From: Patescibacteria group bacterium
GTDB lineage: Bacteria > Patescibacteriota > Patescibacteriia > UBA9934
NCBI GenBank assembly: GCA_041666205.1
Contig: JBAYHI010000002.1
Location: 725-64,724, forward strand
DNA length: 64,000 nucleotides
Reading direction: 5' to 3'
Under the pieces are notes generated by a model. It was not told where the DNA came from, made no database searches, and was given only the letters and a program-made list of their open reading frames with translations. Below are positions 1 to 11,491 of this stretch, piece after piece (positions within the stretch are counted from its first letter, which is position 1; each line of letters opens with the position of its first letter). The translations under genes were made by a program, and so were the position numbers.

Positions 1-798
1 GCCCCATACGCTGGGTGCGCGATTGCCGAATACTTCATGGCAAAAGGTGAAGATGTGCTGATTGTCTACGATGATCTTTCAAAGCACGCCTGGGCTTACC
101 GAGAAATTTCTTTATTGCTCCGTCGACCACCAGGTCGCGAAGCCTATCCTGGCGACGTTTTCTATCTTCACTCACGACTCTTGGAGCGTTCCGCGCGCTT
201 GAATGAAAAATACGGCGGAGGTTCCATTACGGCACTTCCAATTATTGAAACCCAAGGTGGAGACGTCTCGGCCTATATTCCAACAAACGTTATTTCCATC
301 ACCGATGGTCAGATTTTCTTGGAAAGCGATTTGTTCTACAAAGGTCAGCGACCAGCACTCAACATTGGACTTTCTGTTTCGCGCGTAGGTTCATCGGCAC
401 AAACCAAAGCCATGAAGTCGGTTTCAAAAACATTGAAAGTCGATTTGGCGCAGTTCCGTGAACTTGAAGCATTCGCGCAATTCGGATCCGATCTTGATGA
501 AAGCACCAAGAAGCAAATCGAACGCGGACGCCGAGCCATGGAAGTTATGAAGCAAAAGCAATTCGCGCCACTTTCGATGGCAGAAATGTCTTGCATCATC
601 TACGCGCTCAACAACGGGCATTTCGATTCGATCGAAACCGTGAAGGTGCAGGAATTTGAAAAGCAATTCTTAGCATATCTTGGTTCGACCGGTGCAGACA
701 TGATGGCAGAAATCATGGAGAAAAAAGAAATCAACGATGAAATCAAAGCCAAACTCGAAAAACACATTGCAGATTTCAAAGCAACCTTTAATTCCTAA
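1..798 (+). CDS. atpA: ATP synthase F1 alpha subunit, C-terminal part; gene starts upstream of the window
   Basis: Frame is open from nt 1. Translation ...[66 protein letters not shown] is typical of alpha chains. Followed by atpG-atpD-atpC. Confidence 0.9.
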   Translation, partial: APYAGCAIAEYFMAKGEDVLIVYDDLSKHAWAYREISLLLRRPPGREAYPGDVFYLHSRLLERSARLNEKYGGGSITALPIIETQGGDVSAYIPTNVISITDGQIFLESDLFYKGQRPALNIGLSVSRVGSSAQTKAMKSVSKTLKVDLAQFRELEAFAQFGSDLDESTKKQIERGRRAMEVMKQKQFAPLSMAEMSCIIYALNNGHFDSIETVKVQEFEKQFLAYLGSTGADMMAEIMEKKEINDEIKAKLEKHIADFKATFNS

Positions 799-800
799 GT

Positions 801-3088
<2,288 letters not shown>

Positions 3089-3089
3089 T

Positions 3090-3515
3090 ATGGCAGAACT
3101 CACGCTCAAAATTGTCACCCCAGAACGCGTCATTTTCGAAGGCGCGGCGGATTCGATTTCCGCATTCACGGAAATGGGCGAGGTGACGATTTTGCCAGGC
3201 CACGTACCGCTCGTTGCGCTTTTGCGCGCTGGCGAAATGCGCCTCAAGGAAAAGGGAAGCGAATCAATTCTTTCGGTTTCGACCGGGCTGCTCGAAGTGC
3301 GACCCGGAAATACCGTGGTGGTGCTAGCAGATACGGCGGAACGATCCGGCGAGCTTGATTTGCAAAAAATCGAGGAAGCAAAAGCACTCGCGCAGAAGCG
3401 TTTGGAGGAAGCTCGCAATCAAGGCGAGGTTGCCTACGCCGATGCTGCTGCGCAAATGGAGCGTGAACTTTCGCGTGAACGAATTGCTCGCAAAAAATTC
3501 CGAGGAGGAAAATAA
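3090..3515 (+). CDS. atpC: ATP synthase F1 epsilon subunit
   Basis: 141 aa. MAELTLKIVTPERVIFEGAADSISAFTEMGEVTILPGHVPL is epsilon-like. Last gene of the atp operon. Confidence 0.85.
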   Translation: MAELTLKIVTPERVIFEGAADSISAFTEMGEVTILPGHVPLVALLRAGEMRLKEKGSESILSVSTGLLEVRPGNTVVVLADTAERSGELDLQKIEEAKALAQKRLEEARNQGEVAYADAAAQMERELSRERIARKKFRGGK

Positions 3516-3524
3516 TAAAACGCT

Positions 3525-3926
3525 ATGTCACATCACTGCACCCACGCCCTTGTTCGTTGCATGGACTTTCGTCTTGAAAAGGCGATTCATGAATATTTAG
3601 CGTCAAAGGGACTCGTTGGAACCATCGATATTATTTCCCTTGCCGGCGGAGTCAAAGAACTTGCGGAAAATCCGGATGGATTTGTAGCAGGTCAGCTCGC
3701 GGCTTCCAAGCGTCTCCACAACATCGAAACCGTGGTACTCATGAATCACATCGATTGTGGAGCCTACGGATCGTTTGAGAGCTCGGAGGCAGAACGCGCC
3801 AAACACGAAGCAGATTTGGAAACGGCCAAGCAGACGGTGCTCCAAAAGATCGCTGGCGTGACGGTCGTGAAGATCCTCGCTGGAAAGGTGAGTGACACGG
3901 AGTGGACGTTTGAGGAATTGAATTAA
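3525..3926 (+). CDS. small protein with a beta-carbonic-anhydrase-like CxDxR...HxxCG motif pair (paralog 1)
   Basis: 133 aa. VRCMDFR at aa 10-16 and NHIDCGAYG at aa 75-82, each in a hydrophobic beta-strand context as in beta-class CA. Lacks the RNxGN region and the N-terminal arm. Confidence 0.45.
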   Translation: MSHHCTHALVRCMDFRLEKAIHEYLASKGLVGTIDIISLAGGVKELAENPDGFVAGQLAASKRLHNIETVVLMNHIDCGAYGSFESSEAERAKHEADLETAKQTVLQKIAGVTVVKILAGKVSDTEWTFEELN

Positions 3927-3965
3927 TATTTTCGTAGGGGCAGGTCTGTGACCTGCCCGTATCAG

Positions 3966-3995
3966 AAAAGCCGAGGTTTTCCTCGGCTTTTCTAT
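3966..3995 (+). terminator. rho-independent terminator hairpin after paralog 1
   Basis: aaaagccgagg-tttt-cctcggctttt followed by a T-run. A second hairpin gcaggtc-tgtg-acctgc lies at 3938-3958. Confidence 0.7.
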
Positions 3996-4044
3996 TTGCG
4001 ATGATTGACGAGATTCGATTTTTCGTGTAAAACATCGAAACCAT

Positions 4045-4479
4045 TTGGAGAAAACCATGGAATTCAGATGCGACCAGGGCTATGCCATTCTTGTCCGGTG
4101 TATGGACCCTCGCCTTGAGGAGTCCATCCAGGAGTTCTTGATCCTCAACGGACTCGTTGGGTATACCTACGTCATCTCGCTCGCGGGTGGTCCGAAGGAT
4201 CTTGCAGTTGAGCCGGATGGGTTCACGGCAAACCAAATTCGAGTCGCCTGCAGGTTTCATGAGATTCGCACGGTATTCCTGATGTCGCATCTGGACTGTC
4301 GTGCATACGGGGGGAACGCCCTCTATGTGGATGCTCCTGAAGCAGAACGCGCGCTTCATCTGGGGCACCTTGAGGATGCTCGGCAGCATGTGCTGGCGCT
4401 CTATCCAGGCATGACGGTGGTCAAGCTCCTCGCGGTTCCCAGGGAAGATGGGACGTGGGAGATCGAGGAGATTGTCTAG
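4045..4479 (+). CDS. small protein with beta-carbonic-anhydrase-like motif pair (paralog 2, GC-rich)
   Basis: 144 aa with a GGAG Shine-Dalgarno 6 nt upstream. Conserves VRCMDPR, GLVG, ISLAGGPKDL, PDGF, SHLDCRAYG and AERALH relative to paralog 1. About 58 % GC versus about 50 % for paralog 1. Confidence 0.5.
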   Translation: MEKTMEFRCDQGYAILVRCMDPRLEESIQEFLILNGLVGYTYVISLAGGPKDLAVEPDGFTANQIRVACRFHEIRTVFLMSHLDCRAYGGNALYVDAPEAERALHLGHLEDARQHVLALYPGMTVVKLLAVPREDGTWEIEEIV

Positions 4480-4503
4480 CGCCAACAACGACTGGCGCTC
4501 GTG

Positions 4504-4528
4504 GCCGAGGCTAGACCTCGGCTTTTGT
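4504..4528 (+). terminator. rho-independent terminator after paralog 2
   Basis: gccgagg-ctaga-cctcggc-ttttgtg. The stem sequence is the same as in the terminator after paralog 1. Confidence 0.7.
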
Positions 4529-5063
4529 GATAAAATGGGAAAAACAAGTCAATATGTCAGATCAAAAAGAACGAACGCCTGAGGTAGAAATTTCTTCCTC
4601 GCTCGAAAGACGAACTGCAACAAAAGAAGACATGGATTTTATGCGCAAGGTTCATCACCTTGCATATCACGATGTTGTGGAAAAGCAGTTCGGCGCTTGG
4701 GATGAGGAAAAACAGGATAAATTTTTCGACGACGCCTGGGCAGAGAATCGTTACCAAATTCTTTTAGATAATGGTGTTCCCGTTGGCTATTGCTGGGTGG
4801 AGTATTCAGATAAGCGTATTGACGCCCATGAGCTCGTTATTTTACCGGAATTTCAAGGGCAGGGGATTGGCACGAAACTTTTAGGTTCGCTCATCCAAGA
4901 GGCAAACACGAAGAAGATTCCTGTCCGACTACAAGTGCTGAAAGCAAATCGAGCAATTGATTTATACAAAAAATTTGGGTTTGAAGAGGTTGGCGAAAAT
5001 GATACGCATTTCGAGATGGAATACACGCCATCTACTTCCCCAGAAGTGGCTCGTACATCATAA
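4527..5063 (+). CDS. GNAT family N-acetyltransferase (true start may be the ATG at 4554)
   Basis: Acetyl-CoA binding motif region LVILPEFQGQGIGTKLLGSLIQEA...LYKKFGFEEVG. Confidence 0.7.
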   Translation: MIKWEKQVNMSDQKERTPEVEISSSLERRTATKEDMDFMRKVHHLAYHDVVEKQFGAWDEEKQDKFFDDAWAENRYQILLDNGVPVGYCWVEYSDKRIDAHELVILPEFQGQGIGTKLLGSLIQEANTKKIPVRLQVLKANRAIDLYKKFGFEEVGENDTHFEMEYTPSTSPEVARTS

Positions 5064-5862
5064 TGGCGTGATTTTCCGCCACCAATTCTTCAGATACTTT
5101 TTTGCCGGTTTGTTTATCAACAACCGTGCGCGCAATTTTATTATTTCGGGAATACTGCCCCCACCACTCGTGTTTTATTTCATGTTCAATTTCTGCGATG
5201 TGGTAGGTGAATGCAATTGGTTTATCAGAAAGCCACGTACCAACTAAAGAATCTTCCGTCACTTGAAGCGACAACTGAAATCGTTGGCTTGTTTGATTTT
5301 TTATCTGTAGATCGATGTTTGGATAAGCGCATGTTGCGCCACTACCAAATGGGAGTACACGATTTACATCCGGAAAAACGTCATAGCTATGGCGCCAGCG
5401 TTCGGTGACGCTGAGGGGGGTGTGAAGCGTCATCCAATAAATGAGGTTTGAAAGCTGACAAAGCCCGCCACCGGTTCCGGTTTTCACCGTGCCGTGATCA
5501 AGAACCATTCCTTCTTTATAGCCTTTGCGTTTGGTTGGATGTCCAATCAAGCGCCAATGAGAATATGTTTGACCGGGTTCAAGAATAATCCCATCAAGCT
5601 TTTGAATCGCGATTTTCAGGTTCGCTATTTTATTCTCATTGAGCGTTGGATCGACGTTTGACAGCGCCCGGCGCAATGGAGTTTTATGTGTGAAAATTTT
5701 AAATGGCAATGGGGAAGTGTTTTGCTTTGTTGCAAAATCAATTCCGGAAACGTACCAATAAAAATACCGCTGGAGCGTATAAAACGTTCTTCCGGCCAAT
5801 AAGCGGGCTTTTGATCGTTTGATGGGTTGTTGCATGGAGTTATTAACGGGGCACGATATCAA
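5032..5862 (-). CDS. VanW domain protein
   Basis: 276 aa. VKTGTGGGLCQLSNLIYWMTLHTPL is the characteristic VanW core. Confidence 0.65.
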   Translation of the reverse strand: MISCPVNNSMQQPIKRSKARLLAGRTFYTLQRYFYWYVSGIDFATKQNTSPLPFKIFTHKTPLRRALSNVDPTLNENKIANLKIAIQKLDGIILEPGQTYSHWRLIGHPTKRKGYKEGMVLDHGTVKTGTGGGLCQLSNLIYWMTLHTPLSVTERWRHSYDVFPDVNRVLPFGSGATCAYPNIDLQIKNQTSQRFQLSLQVTEDSLVGTWLSDKPIAFTYHIAEIEHEIKHEWWGQYSRNNKIARTVVDKQTGKKVSEELVAENHAIMMYEPLLGK

Positions 5863-5900
5863 AAATTGCGAGAAAAATCAATAATTTACTAGATGACACA

Positions 5901-5929
5901 TTGACAAAAGCAGATTTTTGTGCTATTCT
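5901..5929 (+). promoter_or_regulatory. sigma70-like promoter for the LysM gene
   Basis: TTGACA (5901-5906), 17-nt spacer, TATTCT (5924-5929), about 30 nt upstream of the ATG at 5960. Confidence 0.5.
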
Positions 5930-5959
5930 GCGCGGTCAATTTGACTCACAATAAACCCT

Positions 5960-7072
5960 ATGAAATCACTCATGCTTGGATTATTCGCCTCCGTGCTATT
6001 GTTCACACCTGCAATGGCGGTTTTTGCGAACGAAAATAGCCAAAATTATACAGTTCAAAAAGGTGATAGTCTTTGGAAAATCGCTGAAAGCCAAATCGGT
6101 AGCCCTTGGTGCTGGCCGTTGATTGCCTCTATCCCCGAAAACAACCTCGATTATCAGGGGTTACTATACGCGGGTGACACAATCACGTTGCCAACGGTAG
6201 AGGCTTGTAGTTCGATTATGAATCCGTTGAGCGTTGAAGCTCCAAAGGTCAGCGAGACAGTTCTCGCATATGTTCCTACACAGCCTTGGCACTCACAAAA
6301 ATTAGTGATTGAAGATTATATCGAGCGTACGTATCGCAATGCAACACCTTTTCAGAGCTACGCCAAATACGATGGAGTAAACAAGACAGGCGCTGCACTT
6401 TACCGTGAGCGTGATGGTAATACGTGGTACGTCGTTCTGAACGGCGAACGCGGTCAGGCCTGGGACTATGTTGACCAGGTGCTGAAAAATGATGCCACCG
6501 GATCTGTCTTCTATCGTGCCCGCGATATCCGTGGTGAATGGTATATTGTCAAAAATGAGGTAGCGACCAAGCTCTCATTTGAGCCAAAGGAAGTGTATTT
6601 GAATACGACGCTTGATGAAGTATTTGCATTCACACCTCCATACACGACCGTCTCCGAATACAATGAAACACATTTGTGGTCACCAATCGAGGAATGGACC
6701 ATTCCAGTAAAAGCTGTGCCTGTAGCAGCCGATCCATATGGCCACGTTCTTTTCCGTTCAGAAAAGACAGTAGATGTTCACACGATGAAGGCCGACGGAA
6801 CGGCTATGGATGTGTGTAGCTCCTCGGTGTGTTCGTTTGAGTACACGTATTGGCTCAATGGCAAACAGGTTGCGAGTGCAACAAGCCAAATGCTTCCGAT
6901 GTTTTCCGCAAGTGATGCACCTGTAAAAAAACCTTTCTTCTACGAGGGTGCGGAAAAGGCTTTTAAGTATTATGGTGTCTTTGGTCGTCCTTCATTCGAT
7001 GCTGCAGGTAACTTGATCTTCTACATCGTGTCTGACACCAAGGTAACGAAAAAGGTCTTCGACGTGAAGTAA
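5960..7072 (+). CDS. secreted LysM-domain protein
   Basis: Signal peptide MKSLMLGLFASVLLFTPAMAVFA. LysM segment YTVQKGDSLWKIAE...GDTITLP. The remainder is unrecognised. Confidence 0.6.
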   Translation: MKSLMLGLFASVLLFTPAMAVFANENSQNYTVQKGDSLWKIAESQIGSPWCWPLIASIPENNLDYQGLLYAGDTITLPTVEACSSIMNPLSVEAPKVSETVLAYVPTQPWHSQKLVIEDYIERTYRNATPFQSYAKYDGVNKTGAALYRERDGNTWYVVLNGERGQAWDYVDQVLKNDATGSVFYRARDIRGEWYIVKNEVATKLSFEPKEVYLNTTLDEVFAFTPPYTTVSEYNETHLWSPIEEWTIPVKAVPVAADPYGHVLFRSEKTVDVHTMKADGTAMDVCSSSVCSFEYTYWLNGKQVASATSQMLPMFSASDAPVKKPFFYEGAEKAFKYYGVFGRPSFDAAGNLIFYIVSDTKVTKKVFDVK

Positions 7073-7093
7073 ACATTCAATAATATAGATAGT

Positions 7094-7130
7094 AAAAAAA
7101 GACGATTGCCTTACAGCAGTCGTCTTTTTA
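7094..7130. terminator. bidirectional terminator between the LysM gene and the HIT gene
   Basis: A-run, then gacgattgcc-ttaca-gcagtcgtc, then a T-run. Confidence 0.65.
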
Positions 7131-7155
7131 GTTAACAAGCCTCGGCTTTCGCGTA

Positions 7156-7653
7156 TCAAAGTGATTTTATAATATTCTTCGCGAGTTCTTTCCATTCGCT
7201 GTCTTCAAGATCCAAATAGCCGACGAGTTCAGGCATCATGGATGCCATTTGTTGCTCACGAATTGGCGTACCTTTTGGGATGGGGACAAGATGAAAATGA
7301 ATATGCCGATTCATTTGTTGACTGCCAAATGACGCTACATAAATTCTTTCTGGATTTAGAGCCTTTTGAATTGCTTTTGAAAATTTGAAAATGATGCTCT
7401 GCAAGTGAAGATATTCCTCATCGTCGAGGTCCTTTGAGATTTGTTCGGCATGTTGTTTAGGACAGACAAGTACCTGACCATATTGCGTTGGTTTTGAGGA
7501 AAGGAATGCAATTACACGTTCATCTTCAAATAAAATTTGGTGACGATCTCGAATTTTATCGCCTGCGACAATCTGGCAAATAAAACATGGAGCGATTCCA
7601 CGTTCCTGGATATAGTTGTCACTCTCATGTTTATTAAATGCAATGCGTTTCAT
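7156..7653 (-). CDS. HIT family hydrolase
   Basis: 165 aa. Histidine triad NRHIHFHLVP. Confidence 0.75.
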   Translation of the reverse strand: MKRIAFNKHESDNYIQERGIAPCFICQIVAGDKIRDRHQILFEDERVIAFLSSKPTQYGQVLVCPKQHAEQISKDLDDEEYLHLQSIIFKFSKAIQKALNPERIYVASFGSQQMNRHIHFHLVPIPKGTPIREQQMASMMPELVGYLDLEDSEWKELAKNIIKSL

Positions 7654-7736
7654 GATCGTAGGTTACCCTAATTTCAGTATTCTGAGGAGTCTATGACCCT
7701 CTCGCAATCGCACGGCGGCGGTGCTAAAATGCCCTC

Positions 7737-10655
7737 ATGCAAAACGAACTCCTAGAAGGCCTCAACCCCGAGCAATTACAAGCCGTGACCCATGGAAACG
7801 GCCCACTTATGATTATTGCCGGCGCGGGCACGGGGAAAACCACGGTGATTACCCAGCGCATTGCTTGGCTTATTGAACAAGGAAAAGCCAAGCCTGAGGA
7901 AATTCTTGCGCTCACCTTCACCGAAAAGGCGGCAACCGAAATGGAAGAGCGTGTGGACATGCTTCTTCCGCTTGGCTACGTCGACCTATGGATTTCTACG
8001 TTCCATGCTTTTTGCGAACGCATCTTGCGCGAGCACGCCTTGGATATTGGGTTGCCGCCAGAGTTCACGCTTGTGGACGAAGTTGATGCACTCCTTCTCA
8101 CACGCAAGAATTTTGCGCGATTTGAGCTTGATTATTATCGACCGCGCGGAAATCCAACGCGCTACCTCAAGGCAATTCTTTCTCATATCTCGCGCGCCAA
8201 AGACGAAATGGTCACGCCTGAACGCTACTTGGCGTTTGCGCAGGAAGAAAAACTCAATCTCGATTCCGCAGAAGGATTATCCGCCGAAGACAAAGAAGCA
8301 ACTGCATCGGAAGTCGCGCGCTACGAAGAGCTCGCTAACGCCTATCACACGTATCAGCAAATCCTTCTCGAGAATCATGCGCTCGATTTTGCGGATTTGG
8401 TTTCGTACACGATCGAGCTTTTTCAAAAGCGTCCGCATATCCTCAAAAAATATCAGGAACAGTTCAAATATATTTTGATCGACGAATTCCAAGACACAAA
8501 TACGGCGCAATACGAACTCGTGAAACTTTTGTGCGCGCGAAACGGGAACCTCACCGTGGTTGGGGACGACGATCAATCCATTTACCGTTTCCGTGGTGCC
8601 TCGCTTGCCAATATCATGCAGTTCCGCACGGATTATCCGAGTGCGGCGCGTATTGTTCTCACACGAAATTATCGAAGCGCAAAACCAATTCTCGATGTTG
8701 CCTACGCGCTCATACAGAAAAATAATCCGGATCGTCTCGAGATTAAGGAACAAATCGCAAAAGGATTGCTCGCCCATATTGCTGACGGCGACGTACAGCG
8801 TATTCAATGCGGGGACGAAAAAGATGAAGTCGAAGGCGTTCTCAAAAAGATCGTCGAACTTCACAATGGCGGAGTGCATTGGGGCGAAATGGCCATTTTA
8901 GTGCGCGCCAATAGTCAGGCTGAACCATTTGTAGAAGCCTGCGAAGCCGTGAAAATTCCATATCGATTTTTGGCAATGAGTGGGCTTTATACTAAACCTC
9001 TCATCATCGACTGTTTGGCCTGGATGCGAGTCTTGGATCAGATCCACGATAGCCCGTCATTTTATCGACTGCTCTCGCACGAGCACTTGGGACTTTCGCA
9101 AAACGATGTGTCGGCTGTAACGCTTTATTGCCAGCGGAAAGCCCTTTCCATTGCCGATGCGCTCAAATACGCCGGCGTTATTCCAGGAATTACGCCCGAA
9201 GGCGTGGAGCGCGCTCAAGAAATTCTTGCCACGCTATCGTCTTTGGAAGAAAAAATGCGCCGCATGCCGGTGTCAGAGTTATTCTTGTCGATCGTGAAAG
9301 ACTCCGGACTCGAAGGCGAAATTTTGAAACTCGGCGATGAGGCAAAGACGATTGAACAATATGGACTCCTGAATCAATTCGCAAAGCGCTTGCAAAAATT
9401 TGTACTCACGTCCGATGATGGAAGCTTGCACCAATTCCTTGCGGACTTCACGCATGAGCGAGAAGCTGGCGAAGAAGGTTCGCTTTCGGTTGATGCAGAA
9501 GCAGGTCCAGACGTTGTGCAAATCATGACCATTCACGCGTCAAAAGGATTGGAGTTTTCACACGTATTCTTGGTGAACATGGTGGAGCAACGTTTTCCCT
9601 CACAGCACCGTGGCGAGGCAATCCCAATGCCCGATCGATTGATTGCAAATCTCAAAAGCACGTCCGATGCTCACATTGCTGAGGAACGCCGGCTTTGCTA
9701 TGTGGCCATGACGCGCGCCAAAAAAGGATTGTATCTTTTTCACGCCGACGATTATGGCGGCACACGCAAGCGCAAACCGTCGCGATTTTTAGACGACGCA
9801 GGAATTGCGCCCGAAGCGTATGTGAGCGACGTTCCATTTGGCGAGCGCAAAGAAGAACCGGCTGTCGTGCGTGCTTACGCGCTTCCAAAAACCGTGAGCT
9901 TCACGCAAATTGCCGCGTTCACCACGTGCCCGCTTCAGTATAAGTTTGCGCACATTTTGAAAGTGCCGGTCTTTGGCAAATATCAAATGAGTTTTGGAAA
10001 ATCCATGCACAATACCTTGCATAAGTTTTTCCAAGCAATCGTCGTGGCGCAAGAAGCTCCACAAACGAGTCTATTCCCGGAAGAGAAAAAAGAACTCGTG
10101 CTTCCATCCAAAGCAACGCTTCTTCAACTGTTTGAGGATTCCTGGATCGACGAATGGTATCCCGATGAGAAGACGAAACTCGAATATTTCGAGAAGGCAC
10201 GCGAGTCACTTACGGATTATCACGCACAAGTTCTGCAAGAGCCACCAAAGATTCTTGCGCTTGAAAAAGGATTTACGCTCCACGTTGGCGACGTCATTTT
10301 GAAAGGGCGTATTGACCGCATTGATTCCGTTGACGGTGGCGTAGAAATCATTGACTATAAAACCGGCAAGCCAAAAGAAAAACTCGAGCGTGACGATAAA
10401 CGTCAGCTGATTTTATACGCGCTCGCTGCTGCGCAAAGTTTTGATCCGCCACTTGTGGTGAAAAAGCTCACGTATCATTATCTTGAAAATAATACGCGAG
10501 CGAGTTTTGAACCAAAAGCAAAAGAGCTTCTTGATTTGACGGAAAACATTTTGGACACAGTACAAAAGATTCGCGCAAGTTCTTTTGGCGCCACGCCAGG
10601 AGAGCAGTGTAAATATTGCGATTTTAAAGATATCTGTGAGTTTCGGCAGAGTTGA
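7737..10655 (+). CDS. UvrD/PcrA-family SF1 helicase fused to a C-terminal RecB/Cas4-type PD-(D/E)xK nuclease domain (AddA-like)
   Basis: 972 aa. Walker A AGAGTGKT, DEFQDTN and QSIYRFRGA helicase motifs. C-terminus has IDYKTGKP and CKYCDFKDIC, the nuclease motif III plus Cys cluster. Confidence 0.8.
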   Translation: MQNELLEGLNPEQLQAVTHGNGPLMIIAGAGTGKTTVITQRIAWLIEQGKAKPEEILALTFTEKAATEMEERVDMLLPLGYVDLWISTFHAFCERILREHALDIGLPPEFTLVDEVDALLLTRKNFARFELDYYRPRGNPTRYLKAILSHISRAKDEMVTPERYLAFAQEEKLNLDSAEGLSAEDKEATASEVARYEELANAYHTYQQILLENHALDFADLVSYTIELFQKRPHILKKYQEQFKYILIDEFQDTNTAQYELVKLLCARNGNLTVVGDDDQSIYRFRGASLANIMQFRTDYPSAARIVLTRNYRSAKPILDVAYALIQKNNPDRLEIKEQIAKGLLAHIADGDVQRIQCGDEKDEVEGVLKKIVELHNGGVHWGEMAILVRANSQAEPFVEACEAVKIPYRFLAMSGLYTKPLIIDCLAWMRVLDQIHDSPSFYRLLSHEHLGLSQNDVSAVTLYCQRKALSIADALKYAGVIPGITPEGVERAQEILATLSSLEEKMRRMPVSELFLSIVKDSGLEGEILKLGDEAKTIEQYGLLNQFAKRLQKFVLTSDDGSLHQFLADFTHEREAGEEGSLSVDAEAGPDVVQIMTIHASKGLEFSHVFLVNMVEQRFPSQHRGEAIPMPDRLIANLKSTSDAHIAEERRLCYVAMTRAKKGLYLFHADDYGGTRKRKPSRFLDDAGIAPEAYVSDVPFGERKEEPAVVRAYALPKTVSFTQIAAFTTCPLQYKFAHILKVPVFGKYQMSFGKSMHNTLHKFFQAIVVAQEAPQTSLFPEEKKELVLPSKATLLQLFEDSWIDEWYPDEKTKLEYFEKARESLTDYHAQVLQEPPKILALEKGFTLHVGDVILKGRIDRIDSVDGGVEIIDYKTGKPKEKLERDDKRQLILYALAAAQSFDPPLVVKKLTYHYLENNTRASFEPKAKELLDLTENILDTVQKIRASSFGATPGEQCKYCDFKDICEFRQS

Positions 10656-10707
10656 ATACTATAAGCCCAAGCGTAAAAAACCCACCAGGAAAGCACAATT
10701 CACTGGC

Positions 10708-11031
10708 ATGGGTTCTTTGATGTCGGGTGCACTGCATCGCCACGGAATTGAGCGCCAAGTTACTTCGGCGCTTGTCGTTGAAAAGGCAAAAGAACTGATG
10801 CCGATGTTATTTGCCGATTATGTAATCCCCGATATTCGTGTCCTTTCGTACGTAAAAGAAGAATTGCACATTGCGTGCAGGTGTTCCGAAGCGATGGATG
10901 CGGTCATGAGCAAGCGTATGGAAATTATGGACGCACTAGTACTTGCGTTCCCAGCCCTTGCGTTGCGCGATGTGAAGCCCTTGTATCGGCCTCAACTGTT
11001 CACGGATGAACATGGTATAATTTTTTCATGA
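10708..11031 (+). CDS. DUF721 / DciA-like small protein
   Basis: 107 aa from the ATG at 10708; the longer ORF from 10585 overlaps the helicase gene. Pattern V..A..L..........L.YV....L.I.C.sS.Wa.E...R...I...L resembles DUF721. Confidence 0.4.
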   Translation: MGSLMSGALHRHGIERQVTSALVVEKAKELMPMLFADYVIPDIRVLSYVKEELHIACRCSEAMDAVMSKRMEIMDALVLAFPALALRDVKPLYRPQLFTDEHGIIFS

Positions 11032-11411
11032 ACATCAAAGGATACCTTGCAATTTTTGGCACCGGCACGGTTCTTGCATGGATTGCATGGGGCGTGGTGC
11101 TTTGGAATATCGATCCGTTTACGGCAGGTCTCCCCATGATTTTGGTTTTTTATCTCACCTTATTTGCGGGCCTCATGGGAACAATCGCCACAATTGCAAC
11201 ACTCGTGCGTGTGCAATTTGATTCCGAAAATGAATTGGAAGAAATTGTATCAACATCTTTGCGTCAAGCCGTGATGCTCTCGGCCATGATGGTTGGCTGC
11301 TTATTTTTGGCGAGTAAATCTTGGTTTCATTGGTGGTCCGTGCTCCTCCTGATTGCGGGAGTGAGCCTTATTGAATATTTTTTCGTTTCGTATCGAAATC
11401 GGCACTCATGA
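11028..11411 (+). CDS. small integral membrane protein, hypothetical
   Basis: 127 aa with 3-4 hydrophobic segments. Start overlaps the upstream stop as ATGA. Confidence 0.4.
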   Translation: MNIKGYLAIFGTGTVLAWIAWGVVLWNIDPFTAGLPMILVFYLTLFAGLMGTIATIATLVRVQFDSENELEEIVSTSLRQAVMLSAMMVGCLFLASKSWFHWWSVLLLIAGVSLIEYFFVSYRNRHS

Positions 11412-11491
11412 CTGTCAAGATCTCCTTTTGATGATGGGGGATAAGCTGTGCTAGACCCGTGGATGTCAACAGGCTAAAATGAGGGCTCGAT

